A stretch of DNA of 64,000 bases from Camelus dromedarius. Lineage: Eukaryota. Position 1 is the stretch's first letter; each line of letters begins with the position of its first letter. Below the pieces are notes generated by a model. The model was not told the origin of the DNA, searched no databases, and saw nothing but the letters and a program-made list of their open reading frames with translations. Where the stretch lies: positions 99,698,001 to 99,762,000 of the forward strand of contig NC_087472.1 in the NCBI RefSeq assembly GCF_036321535.1, written 5' to 3'. The translations under genes were made by a program, and so were the position numbers. This document shows positions 13,786-28,227 of this stretch, one piece after another.

Positions 13786-15069
13786 TAGGTCAGCAGAGTC
13801 TGAGCCACTGTGGTGACTACCGGAGCGCTTGGTCAGAACAGACAGTTCTGCCTTCTCTGGTCTTGGTGTTCGGTGAGGAGTGCGTGTTGAAGGACAAAGT
13901 AGACTTTATCATTAAAGCGATGAAGGAGGAGGATCACAGAGTGCAGCCCAGCGCTACTGAGAGAATTAACATGGCAGAGTAAGCCACGCTGTAGTTTCCA
14001 GTGATAAACGATAGAATGTTCTTTATCCTTCAGTGACCCTGGCAAGTTTTTTGTGATCTCTTATTACACATTTGCTGATGTATTTTGTAATGTTTTTTTT
14101 TAAGGGGTTGGTGGGGGTGAGTAGGTCTGGCTGGTCCCTTCTTCAAATTCTGGACTGTTCTGAGAATTTTCCCACCTCCAACCTTTTGGTCACCGGCAGC
14201 AGATCTTTTTGCTGAGTTTTGTGCTTGGGCTGGTTTGGGTGGCCCCGGGATGTGTGAAGGGAGGTCCCAGGAGAATAAGGTAAATTTCGCACAGGCCCTC
14301 AAATGACAGGCCTTGGGAATCGCGGGCCTGGAGCAGGTGAGTAACAGGGCTGTAGCCTGGGCTCGGGAAGGTCAAGTTCCCTACCTTCCAGCAAGCACTT
14401 CTCACAGCGCAGCTCCTCCAAGAATGGACTGTACCCCTGTCTCTCCAGGCACCCAGGTCAGAAGTGTCAGAGCCGGCTCTCCACTCTCCCCTCTCCTTCC
14501 TCCTCAGCATCCTGTCACTTGGCAGGTCTGCCTAGGCCGCCTCTGGCATTTCTCTCCTCTGCCTGCCCCTCCTGGCTCTCCTCCCCTCCTGAGCTTCAGC
14601 CCCTGTGGTCTCTCATCTGGACTGTGTCTGGCGTCCCAGCTGAGCTCCTTGCTCCAGGTCTCTCGGAGCTTGTACACTGTCCACATGGTGTCCCCAGTGC
14701 CTGTCCTGCTCCTGTCCTTTAACAAGCCAGTGACTCCCCTGCCCACAGGAGCCATCCAAACTCATCACCAGGCCTGCAAGGCCTGCCATGACCTGGCCAC
14801 CACCCTCGCTTCCACCTCCAGCTCCTGGCTCTACACCTCTACGTCTGCTTTGACTCTGTCCCCCGTGGACTCATACTCCTCACCAGACACATTTTCCATT
14901 CTCTAGACTTGGGACAAGCCTTGCTCCCTCTCTGCAGCCTTTTTGGACCTCCACCTAGGATGGACCAGATCCCTCCCCCCTTCGCCCCTCCAGAGCCCAG
15001 CTGCTCAGCTGATCACATAGCCTCCTCATCTGTCCACAGGCCTAGTTCCCCCAGCAAGCACCTTGAAAG

Positions 15070-15140
15070 GCTGGGCTACGGTCTTCAGGTCACTGGTGCT
15101 GGCGCTGGGCTACGGTCTTCAGGTCACTGGTGCTGGCGCT
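15070..15140. repeat. Perfect 34-bp tandem duplication
   Basis: GCTGGGCTACGGTCTTCAGGTCACTGGTGCTGGC at 15070-15103 and 15104-15137, followed by GCT. Confidence 0.95.
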
Positions 15141-16399
15141 CAGTAAATGTACGAGGTGGGTGGAGAAGGAGGGAGAGGCCCAGCTGAGAAGTCAGTGCGA
15201 TCGTGGGTGGGTGAGGAGAGACCAGGGCTAACACTGGATGCTGGAGGCAGGCCTGGAGGAGCGAGGGCGAGTTCAAGGCAGGTGGTCCAGCTGCAGTCTG
15301 CGGACTTCCACAGCACAGCAGAAATGGGCTGATTCGAAGCTGATGTTCAGGTTTGATTCTAAGGACTTAGGAGAATGGTACACCCAGTAACACGTAAAGG
15401 AAGGTCAGAAGGACTTGGTTTTAAGAGGATTAAAAAACAATCCATTTGATTTTAGGTAAACTAAGTTTAAGGTGCTTGCAGTATATCCAGGTGATTAGAA
15501 ATGGAATCAAAGCCTAGGTAAAAATGAGCGCAGTACCCTTGCCCCAAAACCAGTTTTCCTCTCTCTTGCCAGAATATGAAGCTTTGCTAGCACCACGTGG
15601 GAAGTGAGAAAGGAGAGTGCCAGACAACCAGGGACTGGAACACAGCGGATACCTCTTGGAATAAGATCATCCTCACGTCTGTTTTGTGCTTAGTGTCAGT
15701 AGTTGAAGCCACAGAGATGTAGTTACCAGATGAGAGAATACAGAGAAAAATAAAGATACTTGAGCCAAACCATGGAAAGCCAATCATTGTCACAAACTGT
15801 TGAGAGAAGCGCCGTCTGAGTCAGGGATGAGACTGCTCAGAACAGAAAGGCTGACAGGGCGTCCAGACAGCTGGGCCCAGGAAGAAGAGCCAAAGCTGGT
15901 CCAGTCCCCACTAGCAGTGACACCGGGGCTCTCTTGGAAGCATGCAGAACAGAGCGCAGCCCCTGGGCTTGTGGATGGCCCACGATGTAATACAGGATTC
16001 CTGGAGTCAGGGCAAGAAACCCTAGACCCTGGGTCCGCCCTGGGAAGGCACTGGCAGAAACTGGAAGCAAAGAGATCTTACTGGGATTCCAAACTGAGTC
16101 ACACTGAGAAGCTAAAATACCTGCTAAGGGCCCAAGTAGAAAGGCATTCAAGTCAGGCAGCCCCTGCAAGCAAGGTGGTCATACAGCCGGCCTGCAGCCC
16201 GGTATCCGTGCAAGAGTTAGCCCCAGCCTGGCGCTCAGACCTGGCATCTGGTTGGTTGAGCCTCCCAGCGGTAGGCTGTTGGGTGAGAGCTAGGGCAGGC
16301 AGGGCCCTTCCAGTGTGGGCTGGTGGGGATGCGGCAGCGGGACAGGAAGGGAGAACCAGGGCCACAGCTGGCCACACAGAGGCCCTCATGGGCCAGATG

Positions 16400-17850
16400 T
16401 TTAATGCTGTCTGTACCTACGAGACATGTCGAGGCTGAGGAGAAACTGTTGGTTTGGGGGTTTAGGATCTGAACAGAGATTTTGGGGAGAAATTATGGAG
16501 AAGGGTGGAGACAGAAGCCAGCTTGACAGAGACAAGAGGACGGAGGTCCTGGACATCAGTGGAAGGCAGGGGAGAGGGGACTGAGGAGAGTTGCTCTGGA
16601 GGCCTGAGTGTTTCCACCGGCCAGGGGAGGTTGCGGGTAGAAGGGAAGAGAGGGGGATAGTGGAAGGAAGGTGGGTGCGGGAGGGTGTGGAATGAACAGC
16701 ACAGGTGGTGGCATTTACAGTCCTTTGCATCTAAGCAGAGGGAGAAAGGGGAAATTTTCTGAGCAGTAAAGCCATAGAGGAGAGTTTAGGAAGCCCAGAT
16801 CAGGTGGCCCCAGTCTTCTCTGCAAAGTGGTTCATAGAGGATGTCGAAGACAGGAAAGATAGAGGTTTGGACTGTTTCCATGGAGATCTGGAGGATGAGG
16901 ATGAAAAGCTAGTGGGAGGCTGAGGACCAGGGAAAGGTGACCAGTCAGCCTCATCTGGGCCTTACTCTAACCACTGCTGACAATCCGGGAGGGCCTTGAG
17001 TGGTCCTGGGGCCACCCAAACCTGGACTTGGGCAGCAGAGTGGCCTCCATGCCATCCCACAAATGCTCTGGAGGGCTGGGAGGCCTGGGGGCACTGAGAG
17101 AAGGGGGAGCAGATGCAGTGACTGCCCAGCAGTGCCCAGCGCAGGTCAGCAGAGAAGGTAGTGAGGACAGATTAAAGAAGGGGAAGGTTAGTGTGTTGTG
17201 AAGGTTAAGCTTTTTTAAATAAAAACTTTTAAGCACATACGGTGGAGAGAATAGTGAAACTCACATACTCATCCAGAGACTGAATCAGGACTGAACGTGT
17301 GTCAGAGACATGATGCAAATGTGAGAAGGCGGGACGAGAAGGGGCGAGGCACTGGAGGCTGAGAGATGGGGGTCGTTCTGTAAAAGACCCTCCCTGGTGG
17401 CAGGGATAAGGAATACATCTGCTGAATGATGACCACAGTGCACAGTTTTCTCGTATTTTCTACTGGTATGGGGGTTCTAGGGTGAGTGACAAGGGCAAGG
17501 ACGGAGAGGGTGCCAGAAGTGCACATGGGGCTGGTGAACTCTGGAGGGAACTGGGTGATGATGGCAGGGGCCGTGGGGTGGGGCTGCCTGCAGCAGAGGC
17601 CGGTGGGGAAGTGACCAAATCCGTGCTCTCTCTGGGTCAGTAAGCAGGGAGAGAGAGAGTGGTGGTTTTTGGAGAGGATTTTGAGAGACTTCATTTCACA
17701 TAGGGGAAGCCAGTTTCTACCGACTTTAGGGGAAGCAGAGTGTGATTGATGGAAAGAATTTTGTCTGTAAGCAGGGGCTAATAGGCTGCTGGGGGGAAGT
17801 TATGTTGTGGATAATGAGGAAGATTATGGAGACCTAGGGTTCAAGAGGAT
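16400..17850 (-). mobile_element. Degraded L2 LINE fragments
   Basis: Purine/G-rich text typical of antisense L2 ORF2 (e.g. 'cagatcaggtggccccagtcttctctgcaaagtgg'). Boundaries are approximate. Confidence 0.5.
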
Positions 17851-18703
17851 GTGTTACTTACTGCATGTGTGTGCATTGGGCACCTCTGAAGTCCTCACAG
17901 AAAAATGGAAGAAACAGTGGCTTTTCAGATCCTGAGAATGAAGCTAAAGATGATGTAGCCTGTGTGTGAATTCACACAGTGTATCCATTGTGTATTAACT
18001 TCTCTGAGACAGTCACAACGGCTCCTTAAAAGAGGGTTAAGAACTGAAACAGTGCTCTGATTAACCTTGGGATAAATCTTGTTATTGACACATTTTTTAT
18101 AATTCTGCGTGGGGCGTCCGTAGTCTTTCATTGAGGAACGTAAGAACTGGTGAGTTTCTGATTAGGCTCCATCATGTTCTTCTGCAGAGTTCTCCAGAAT
18201 GTTTGTTAATAATTTCAGTTGTTCCAGCTTTTAGGCACTGCAGACTCTGCAAACATAAAATACGTTGTCACGTACTGTTACAGTCTTAGGTCAATGTCTT
18301 TTACTATGTATTTCTTTACCTTTTATAAGAGTTCTTTGGTGACACATAGGCTAATTGCCTGCGCATTTCCTGAAGCAAACCACTAGGACGGAAGGATGTT
18401 CTTTTTAAGTCTTCATCTTTTTATAACAATATACCAGCACCGCAGTAAGTCAGTGATACATGCTTCCACTAAAGGTAATTTCTAAAAAACGTAACAGATT
18501 TATAGATACATTTAAAAGGATGTTGGGAGTTGAAGAGACAATTTATTTTAAGTTGTAAAATAAACTAGCATTCAGGAATCTGCGTAGGACCAGGCAGCGT
18601 GCTCAGTGCTTGCCACGTATTACCTCATTTCACTCTCACAGTGATGTCAAGGAGCCAGTATTATAGCTATTCCCATTTTTTTTAATGGGCATCAGAAATG
18701 TTG

Positions 18704-18805
18704 AGTGACTTTTCAAGGAAGGGTCTCGCAGCAAGTGACAATCAGAATGCAGTCTTGGTCTTGCCTCTATGTCACATTGCCAGTCAGTAACGCCCTGCAA
18801 GACGA
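18704..18805 (+). ncRNA. Region orthologous to human MIR23C (MIR-SINE-derived hairpin); function unproven
   Basis: Aligns by eye to the recalled human pre-miR-23c (AGUGACUUUCCAGG...AUCACAUUGCCAGUGAUUACCC). Here GTCACATTGCCAGTCAGTAACG at 18771-18792 keeps seed UCACAUU, in the MAP7D2 intron about 1 kb upstream of the LEREE exon. Confidence 0.4.
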
Positions 18806-19264
18806 GTAGTTTAGTCACATGTTTTCATAGATGAGGACAGTGACACATGTGAGTAGGAAGAACGTTAGAAATGTAAATACTAGTGCTTAGACTTTACAGA
18901 TTTTTCCCTCATGGCTTCGAGTTCTTTATCATTACATCACCAGCCATTCATCTGCAGATGAAAAATGTCTAAATGCCATTTACTTTTCATTTATCAAAGG
19001 ATAAAAGCTAAAATAGATTTTTTGAAGAATGCCAAAATAAATGGAAAATAGATGCTTCAGTTTCTGTATTAAATGTCAAGTTTCTGTTGAGAATATTTTC
19101 CATTTGCTACTTCATTAAGTCACATACTAATTAGAACCACAGTGAACGTTTTGAGCTCTTAGTCACTGCTCTTAAATTGCTGACTGGCACAGGAGTGGCC
19201 GTTGAGACATTTCTAGTTTTTTCTAGCTTAAGTTGGTTTCAAATGTTTGTTCTACTTAGTTTTT

Positions 19265-19420
19265 GTTTGTTTGTTTTTTGGGGGGAGGAGGTAATTAAGT
19301 TTATTTATTTTTATTTCTTTACGTATTTTTTTAATGGAGGTACTGGGGATTGAACCCAGGACCTCATGCATGCTAAGCATGTGCTCTACCACTGAGCTAT
19401 ACCTTCCCCTCCCTACCCCA
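19265..19420 (-). mobile_element. Camelid tRNA-derived SINE (Vic-1-like) with 15-bp TSD
   Basis: 'ggaggtactggggattgaacccaggacctcatgcatgctaagcatgtgctctaccactgagctatacc'. TSD TTCTACTTAGTTTTT at 19250-19264 and 19421-19435. Confidence 0.92.
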
Positions 19421-19670
19421 TTCTACTTAGTTTTTAAAGAATTGTCATTAAATAAGAATGATAGGGCTGTGGTCAGTTGTAAATTAACTAGGGAACATTT
19501 GTGTCCTCATTACAATCTGTTCACCAGTCAATACCTTGTTACTCTTGGTGTAACAGAATTTAAAGTTAACCCTGGTTAATATTTGTGGTAACTATATAGA
19601 CTGGAGTGGCTTCTGGGAAGGATGAGTCATTTTCTTAAGTGGATGCTAATTCAAGTGCCCATGTCTGTGA

Positions 19671-20039
<369 letters not shown>

Positions 20040-20157
20040 TAAAAGTAGTTACATTTGAATGACTCATAATGTTTATTTTAAGTTTTTTCTTTAACTGGGC
20101 TGGTTAATAAATATGTGTTACTTGGGGCACTAAAAGTGAAATTGGTAATGTTTGCTG

Positions 20158-20590
20158 TTGTCAGTTTGGGTTCCCCCAAAGGCAGACCCTAGATGACAAT
20201 TTGGGTGCCAGCAGTTTATTTGGGAGAAGATCCCAGGAAGCTGGTAGGGGAGTGAGAGGAAAGCCAGTGTAAGCACACTGGTGAGTGGGTTACTGTGGGC
20301 AACTGGAACTTGCCCTCTTTGGGACCCTCTAAGAGACTGCGGAACATGCCTTAGAATTGTCCCTCTGAAGGTTAGGAAACGGGTATTTATCTACCAACTC
20401 CTGCCCCTTATGGTTGAAAGTCACTCCTTGGGAAATTAGCTTCCTGAAACTCCTAGCCACATGCATATTTCATGGCCAGAGATTATTCTCAGACACAAAA
20501 AGACCTTGGCCATGTATGGGAAGTGTCGGCAGGTGATTTGCATGTTGGACCGAGGTTATATGAGTGAGACCCAAGCATGTCTGTTGTATC
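20158..20590 (-). mobile_element. ERVL LTR16-family solo LTR
   Basis: 'gggttcccccaaaggcagaccct...agtttatttgggagaagatcccaggaagc...gggtatttatctaccaactcc' is LTR16-like. Confidence 0.7.
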
Positions 20591-20747
20591 GTAGAGCAGG
20601 CTGTGTAAATCCTCACTGAATATTGGAGCAGCACCCACTTTGGGGTAGAAAATGAGATGGAGGAACAGGTGCAAACCTCAAGGAATTAACTACATTGTTT
20701 TCTTTTGCTTAGTAAAGCCTGTTCCTTGGTTTACCTGTTTTTATTAG

Positions 20748-22015
<1,268 letters not shown>

Positions 22016-22405
22016 AGGAGGCTGATAATGTTCTTTCTTAAGGTGTCCAGTCTGTGGCCTCCCCTGCTTCACCTCAGCCTGGCTTTCTGTAGGGTGGTCC
22101 TCTCGAGTGGCAGGTGGTGAGCTGCTGATTTCTAGGTAACCTAAGGAGAGGAAAGAGAAAGATCGGATATAAGTTGAATGTTGATTCTATATACTTACTA
22201 GTTTACTTCTCAGACATTTGACCTTCTTTGTAGGGCAGAGATGTTCATCTGCAAAACTAATGGAAGACCTTTCTGTACTCATTAGCTTCTGCTGACATTT
22301 CTGTTTTATGAGTTTTCTGAGAAATGTGACATTGCATATAGACCTAGCTACTTATAAATGGTTTTAGTCTTGTAGTCCTCTTACCTCGTTCTTTTTGGTT
22401 CTCAG

Positions 22406-22462
22406 AGAATAGATGAAATTATGAAGAGAACAAGGAAGAGTGATGTGTCTCCGGAAGTGAAG
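22406..22462 (+). CDS. MAP7D2: MAP7D2 coding exon (RIDEIMKRTRKSDVSPEVK)
   Basis: Acceptor ttctcag|AGA and donor AAG|GTAGGC; 57 nt. Carries the conserved EIMKRTRK motif. Confidence 0.96.
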
Positions 22463-22875
22463 GTAGGCCTTCACATGGTGGTATACATTCAGTGAGATTG
22501 TACGTTTCAGAGAGGATTAGACGGAAAGAGTGGGCTCTTCCTGCTTTGTTTCTGTCTAGATTAAGGAGGCTGTAGGTGCCTGAAAGGAAGGAGTCTAAGA
22601 GAGGAGTTTCAGAGATGGGGTGATAATAAAAAATGTCCTCAGAGAAATAGGTGTAGGGGTGCAGAGAGAAACACAGTAATCCACAGATGAAAAAGAGAAT
22701 GTTGGCGTATTAATAAGGGAAACACAGCTGATTTGTAATAAACTCAGAAGATTCAAAGAATTACCATGGAACAAGCAGTTGGCCCAATGTAGTTCCAAAC
22801 ATTCTCTGATGCTTTTCAGAAGCACTTGTCTGTCTACATAAAGTCAACCTTCCCTCTATTTGTTTTTGTTTTCAG

Positions 22876-22954
22876 AGAGAAGACCCAAAAGTAGAGCTTC
22901 AGCCTGCTGTGTGTGTGGAAAACAAGACAAAACCACTTGTCCCCAACAAAATCG
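22876..22954 (+). CDS. MAP7D2: MAP7D2 coding exon (REDPKVELQPAVCVENKTKPLVPNKI)
   Basis: Acceptor ttttcag|AGA and donor G|GTGAGT; 79 nt, phase 0/1. Confidence 0.94.
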
Positions 22955-23538
22955 GTGAGTGTGAGGTGTGATTCTTAGGTTCTTCTTTTCAGCAGGTGAG
23001 GGCTTGTAGCGCATCCAGCAGAGGTCCGGCCCCATGGGTCCTAAGAGCGTTATTACTGAAAGGGGCCTGTGCAGTTTCCCTCCCCTGGTGGGATCTCCGT
23101 CTCCAGCACAGGTCCATCAGGTCCATTTGGAAACCACTGGGTTCCTCGGGATTATGCTCATAATCCCAGTGCAGGAGCCAGGCCATCTGCTGGCCCAGGC
23201 TGCTTTCCAGGGAGCTGAACTGCTGGTCAGGTTCTATGAAGAACTGTCTCTACTGTTCTACGGTGGGTTTGCCTGCCTTCCAGCTCTTTTCTGTCACATG
23301 TACTTAAAACTCCTTGTGGCAGCCAGAGGCAGAAAAGGCACATCTATCTCAGAATCACTCTTCACATTTCCCTTTTGCCTTGAGGCTCAGGAGCCTGGGA
23401 ATGTGTACAGCATGTGGCCCCACACCTGCTGGGTGGGCCATGAGCCCTACCCAGACACTGATGATGTCATTTGTCTTCTCTTCCCCTGTGTGAAGGCGAC
23501 TACTTGGGGTTCTTTTTGCAAAAGATGTTGCATTATAG

Positions 23539-23823
<285 letters not shown>

Positions 23824-23979
23824 TAAGTCCATTGCTCTTGCATTTGAGCCTCCTCTCTTCCCCAGACACCTCCACTGCCTCTTAGTTGATTTCTTCATCT
23901 TTTACACACCCAGATCTTTTTACACGCCTCGCGTAGGTGTGCTTGCTGTTCAGGAAAGCTGACGGTGGTATAGTATCAG

Positions 23980-24390
23980 TGTCTCGGGTCAGGTTTGCTA
24001 GAAGCAGAGCCTGGAACAGGGACTCTAGGGCACGGGATTTATCAGGAGAGAGCTCTTAGGAGAAAAGGGAGGGAGGGAAGCAGGACTGGGCAGGGGAAGT
24101 CACTAAGCAAGGATGCAGTCTCAGCCAGTCCCCTGGAGCTCTGGAAGGTGAATTTCCACAGGGAGGGGTTTGACTGAGGTAAGGGAGGCGGCCTCAGGCC
24201 ACTGTGCTTGTAGTTCATTGATTGTGGAGCACCCAGGGTGGGGGATGCTCCTGTCAGCCAAAGGCGACTGTCCAGAGAAAGGGGGCCAGCTCTTAAGTAC
24301 TTAGCAGCCAGCCCTGTGCAGCTGGGGGATGGGCAAAGCCACAGATAAAGGGGATCTGGGTGCACCACCTCAAGGGCCCACCCACTGTGT
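23980..24390 (-). mobile_element. ERVL LTR16A-like solo LTR
   Basis: 'gggtcaggtttgctagaagcagagcctgga...gatttat...gaagcaggactgggcagggga...aagcaaggatgcagtctcagc'. Confidence 0.65.
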
Positions 24391-26083
24391 CCAGTGTCTC
24401 ATGTGTAAGTAAACTTGTCATTGGAGACTTGATAAAGGAACTAATTAATTTGCTTTCAGATCCTAAAAACTTAAGGAATTCTTAACCTGCTGTGTTTGTG
24501 GATAACGTCATCTGGCCAGTTCATCCTGGACAAAAGGAGAGCTCAGTTATCCTGGGGTTGGGGCAGAGGCGCTGGAACGGAGAGCCTGGGCAGGGCAGCT
24601 GGGTGGGGGCAGCTGTCTGTGACGGGAGGGAATGGCAGCCTGCCAGAACTTCCCCTCCTCTGCTTGGCTGTGAATTCTCAGCCTTGGTCTGGGGGGAGGG
24701 GTGGGGTGGGGCTCCATCCCAGGGCACACTGATGGTAAATCTGGCAGCTTGTACACCCTGGCCTTGAGCCACATATGTGAAAACCCAGGGTCCAGCCACC
24801 CTGTCACCAGCAGAGCGAGTCCTGCGCAGCCTGATACCCAGGCCTCAGCCCTGGCCTCGCTCTCACCGCTGGCCACTGTCAGGGGCAGGCTTCCCCTGAC
24901 TGGTGCCACTCTGCCGTCGGGGGGACTGCTGAGGCACCTTCAAGGATCACACACACCCCCATCCCCACGTTGAAGCAGCTGTGCTTATTTCTTAAGCCTC
25001 TGGGCGCCGGGAGGGGACGAGACCTGGCACTGACCAGGGTTCAAGGGAGCGAAGGAGCTTTTTGTGTGCAGTGTTCTTCCTCTGTCCACCTCGGCATTTG
25101 GGAGTGGTGACCCCTGGGGCAGCACCCAAGCTTGTGGTGGCATTCCGCCCCCCCGCGACCTGCTGTTTAAAGCAGGGAGTAGAGGTGGGCAAGGGAGACG
25201 CGGGGTGGGCATTGGTACTGGTGAAGCAGTCTGCCCAGGCTCCAGCCACCAGAAGTGGTGTTAGGTCAGCTGCTGCGCCTTCAAGAGGCTCAGTGTGAGG
25301 GAGACAGATCCTCTGCGCTTCTGCATTTCAACTGGTTTTTCTAGATTCTTCTCTCAGCTCTCATAGAGGAAGAGCGAAAACAGGCGAACCTGGCAGCAGG
25401 GGTACTCTGGCTGTTAAGAGACTCCTGGTGACAGGACCTCAGATCCCAGCCCAGCACTCATCCGAACTAGGCCTTTGGTTGACAGGAGGCTGTGGAAAGT
25501 CCTCCTACCAGCTCTGGCGAGCCGAGGGAGAACCAGGCCCTCGGCAGGAGCAGGATCAGTCCGGGGTGGGGGAGCGGAAGCCCGGCTTTAGAGAGGGAGC
25601 AAGGCCAGGTGGGCGGCGGGGTCTCGGTAGCGGCATCCCCCCCGCACCTGGGCGCGCGTTCCTCCCGGAGCACCCCGCCGCCCCGGTGGGGAGAGGTGCT
25701 CAGCCCCTTTCTCACAGTGCAGGGACGCAGCCCAGGCGGCGCCCCTGGAGAGGGGCAGTGCCCGGGTCCATGGGATCCCCTCCTCGGCTCACTTTGAACT
25801 TCAGCCTTTGCTTTCTTTTTGGGTTTCCCATTTTGAGGATTTCAGAAGTGCTTGGCTTCTCTGTAGTAGCGTGCTGGTGCCTGCGGTTTTTATTTTCCTC
25901 TTTCCTATGGGCGGCATGAGCTTGGCCTTCACGGCCCTGCTCGGTCCACTTTCCTTATGCTCATCCATGGGGGCCCCATTTCTCTCAGTGTCCCAGACTG
26001 GAACTAAAGTGTGTCTTTTACGGTGGGTTACACACAAGCTCTGGCTCTCAATCCATCTTCTTTAGAAAAGAAGAGTAGTCTAA

Positions 26084-26425
<342 letters not shown>

Positions 26426-27849
26426 CAAATACAACATCTCTTTAATGAAAGGTACAGTGTTTTGATGATAGTCTGAGTCTGTAACTCTCCAGCTGGGGTT
26501 TGTGAAGATAGGATAAACATCACTCAGCCTCCTGGAAGGTCAATTTTATTTTAAAAATGCAAACAAAAAATTGAATACATGGTATAGACTGTAGCACATG
26601 CAAAAATTGTGATGGATTTCAAGTAAATCCTTCAAAAGAGAGCCTCCAGCACCACAGCCCACCAGGCCCACCCCTGCTGTCCAGGGGTGTGTAGAAGCAC
26701 TGGCTGAAAGTTGGATCCACCATCTGTCTCAAGTAGTGACTTTTCTTAGAGACAGAGGGAGAATGCTCTAATAGTGGTGCAGGGTAGTATTAATAAAACA
26801 AATTTGTCCCCTAGTTTTTACTCATTGACCTCCCATATTCCGTCTAAGAGCGCTCATATTCACTGGGGAGTGTTGAGCCAGATAACTTGCTGTTCTTCTG
26901 ACCTTTTTCTGGATCCTTACAAAGCAAATGCCTGCTCTCAGATCACACCTGAGGGAGTGAGGGAGGGAAAACTGAAGTTTGTGCCCTGAAGCTTCTGTTC
27001 CCCACCTTTGGCCTTTTTTTCTTGCCAGAGTGTTTCTAGAAGCTCTTCTCATTTGAGTAAGTTATATCTTGGGGTTATAAACACCTTGGATTTGTATGTA
27101 CTTAGTTCTACATGCCTCACATTGGGTTTACTTCAGTTGGAGGCCTTTTTTTGAATGCTGAGAACATGGAATCGATCATCAAATCCTTTCATAACTTAAT
27201 TCCAGTTGCTTCTCCCATTTTAGACTCTTAAAGAGTTTTTCTCAGCATTTTCTCAGTCACCTTATTTTTTTATGATATTCCACTCTTATAATGAAACTTC
27301 TGTAACTAAGAGGATTTAGTCCAACCTTTCTGCTTCTCAAATGAGGAAACAGGTTGGGGAGGCCACATGGCCAAGGTCACAGTGTTCTGTACATAGTTCT
27401 ACCTGGCCTCAGCTATTTGGTGTAGACAGTGCATTTTAGCATTTGCTTCCCTTGGCTCTTGGGGAAGCAGTTGTCCTTTCACACATGAGAGGGAATGTAT
27501 GACAGGTAGTTTTTAGAAGAAACCATATCCCTGGTTTGGAAGAGCAGCTGCCTTCTTGGACACTTAAAAATCACCTAAGCATTCTATTTCCCTGACAGTT
27601 ATATTGCTTAATATTTAGTAAAAGATTTCTTTTGTTGTTAGCATACCTTGACCCCTTTGGTTCACTGACCTCACTATCAACTAAGGACCAGAAGATCCAC
27701 AAAACTTCGGAGAGTATTCATGACTCCTCAAATCTAGTTCCTGTATCTCTAACTAAAAGGAGTGCAAATCCCTGTCCAAAAATAAATCTTGGCCAAACAA
27801 TTTTATTCACACTGATTGTATATTTTCATTTGTCATATAGTCTAGTTAT

Positions 27850-28084
27850 CAGATTTTTCTTAACCAGGGATGGTACCACCCCCACTGAAAATGTGTTTGG
27901 AAATGTGTCAGGGGGTTTGTTGTCATAAGGGCTGGAGGCAGTACTGGCATTTGGAAAGCAAAGCTTGTGACGTTAAGCATCCTGCAGGTTTTAGGACAGT
28001 CCCACACAAAGAAAATTTACCCCCCTCCCCGCCAAAAGAATAGCCCTACACAAAATGCTATAGTGCTTGTGTTGAGAGACACTG
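27850..28084. mobile_element. MER20B-like hAT DNA transposon
   Basis: 'gtttggaaatgtgtcaggggg...tactggcattt...catcctgcagg...ggacagtcccacacaaagaaaatt...gttgagagacactg'. Confidence 0.6.
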
Positions 28085-28227
28085 CAAGCCAAGGAAAATG
28101 CAGTTACCAAGAGGTAGAACATCCCACACTACGTAAGGCTCTAAGTGAGAGAGAGTAGATGCTGCAAACTGCAAAATACACTGTCTCTTCATTGGTCTTA
28201 CCTGGGTTTGTTTTTGAATTGACACAG

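Noticed and set aside
14313..16438. 197-aa and 212-aa + strand ORFs in a MAP7D2 intron
   Set aside because: Non-ATG starts, GC-rich and partly L2-derived, no homology recognised, and not needed for MAP7D2 phase continuity.
19335..19405. tRNA-like sequences (also at 13606, 53370 and 53525)
   Set aside because: A/B boxes are followed by a SINE body and A-rich tail, with TSDs at two of the copies; these are SINE heads, not tRNA genes.
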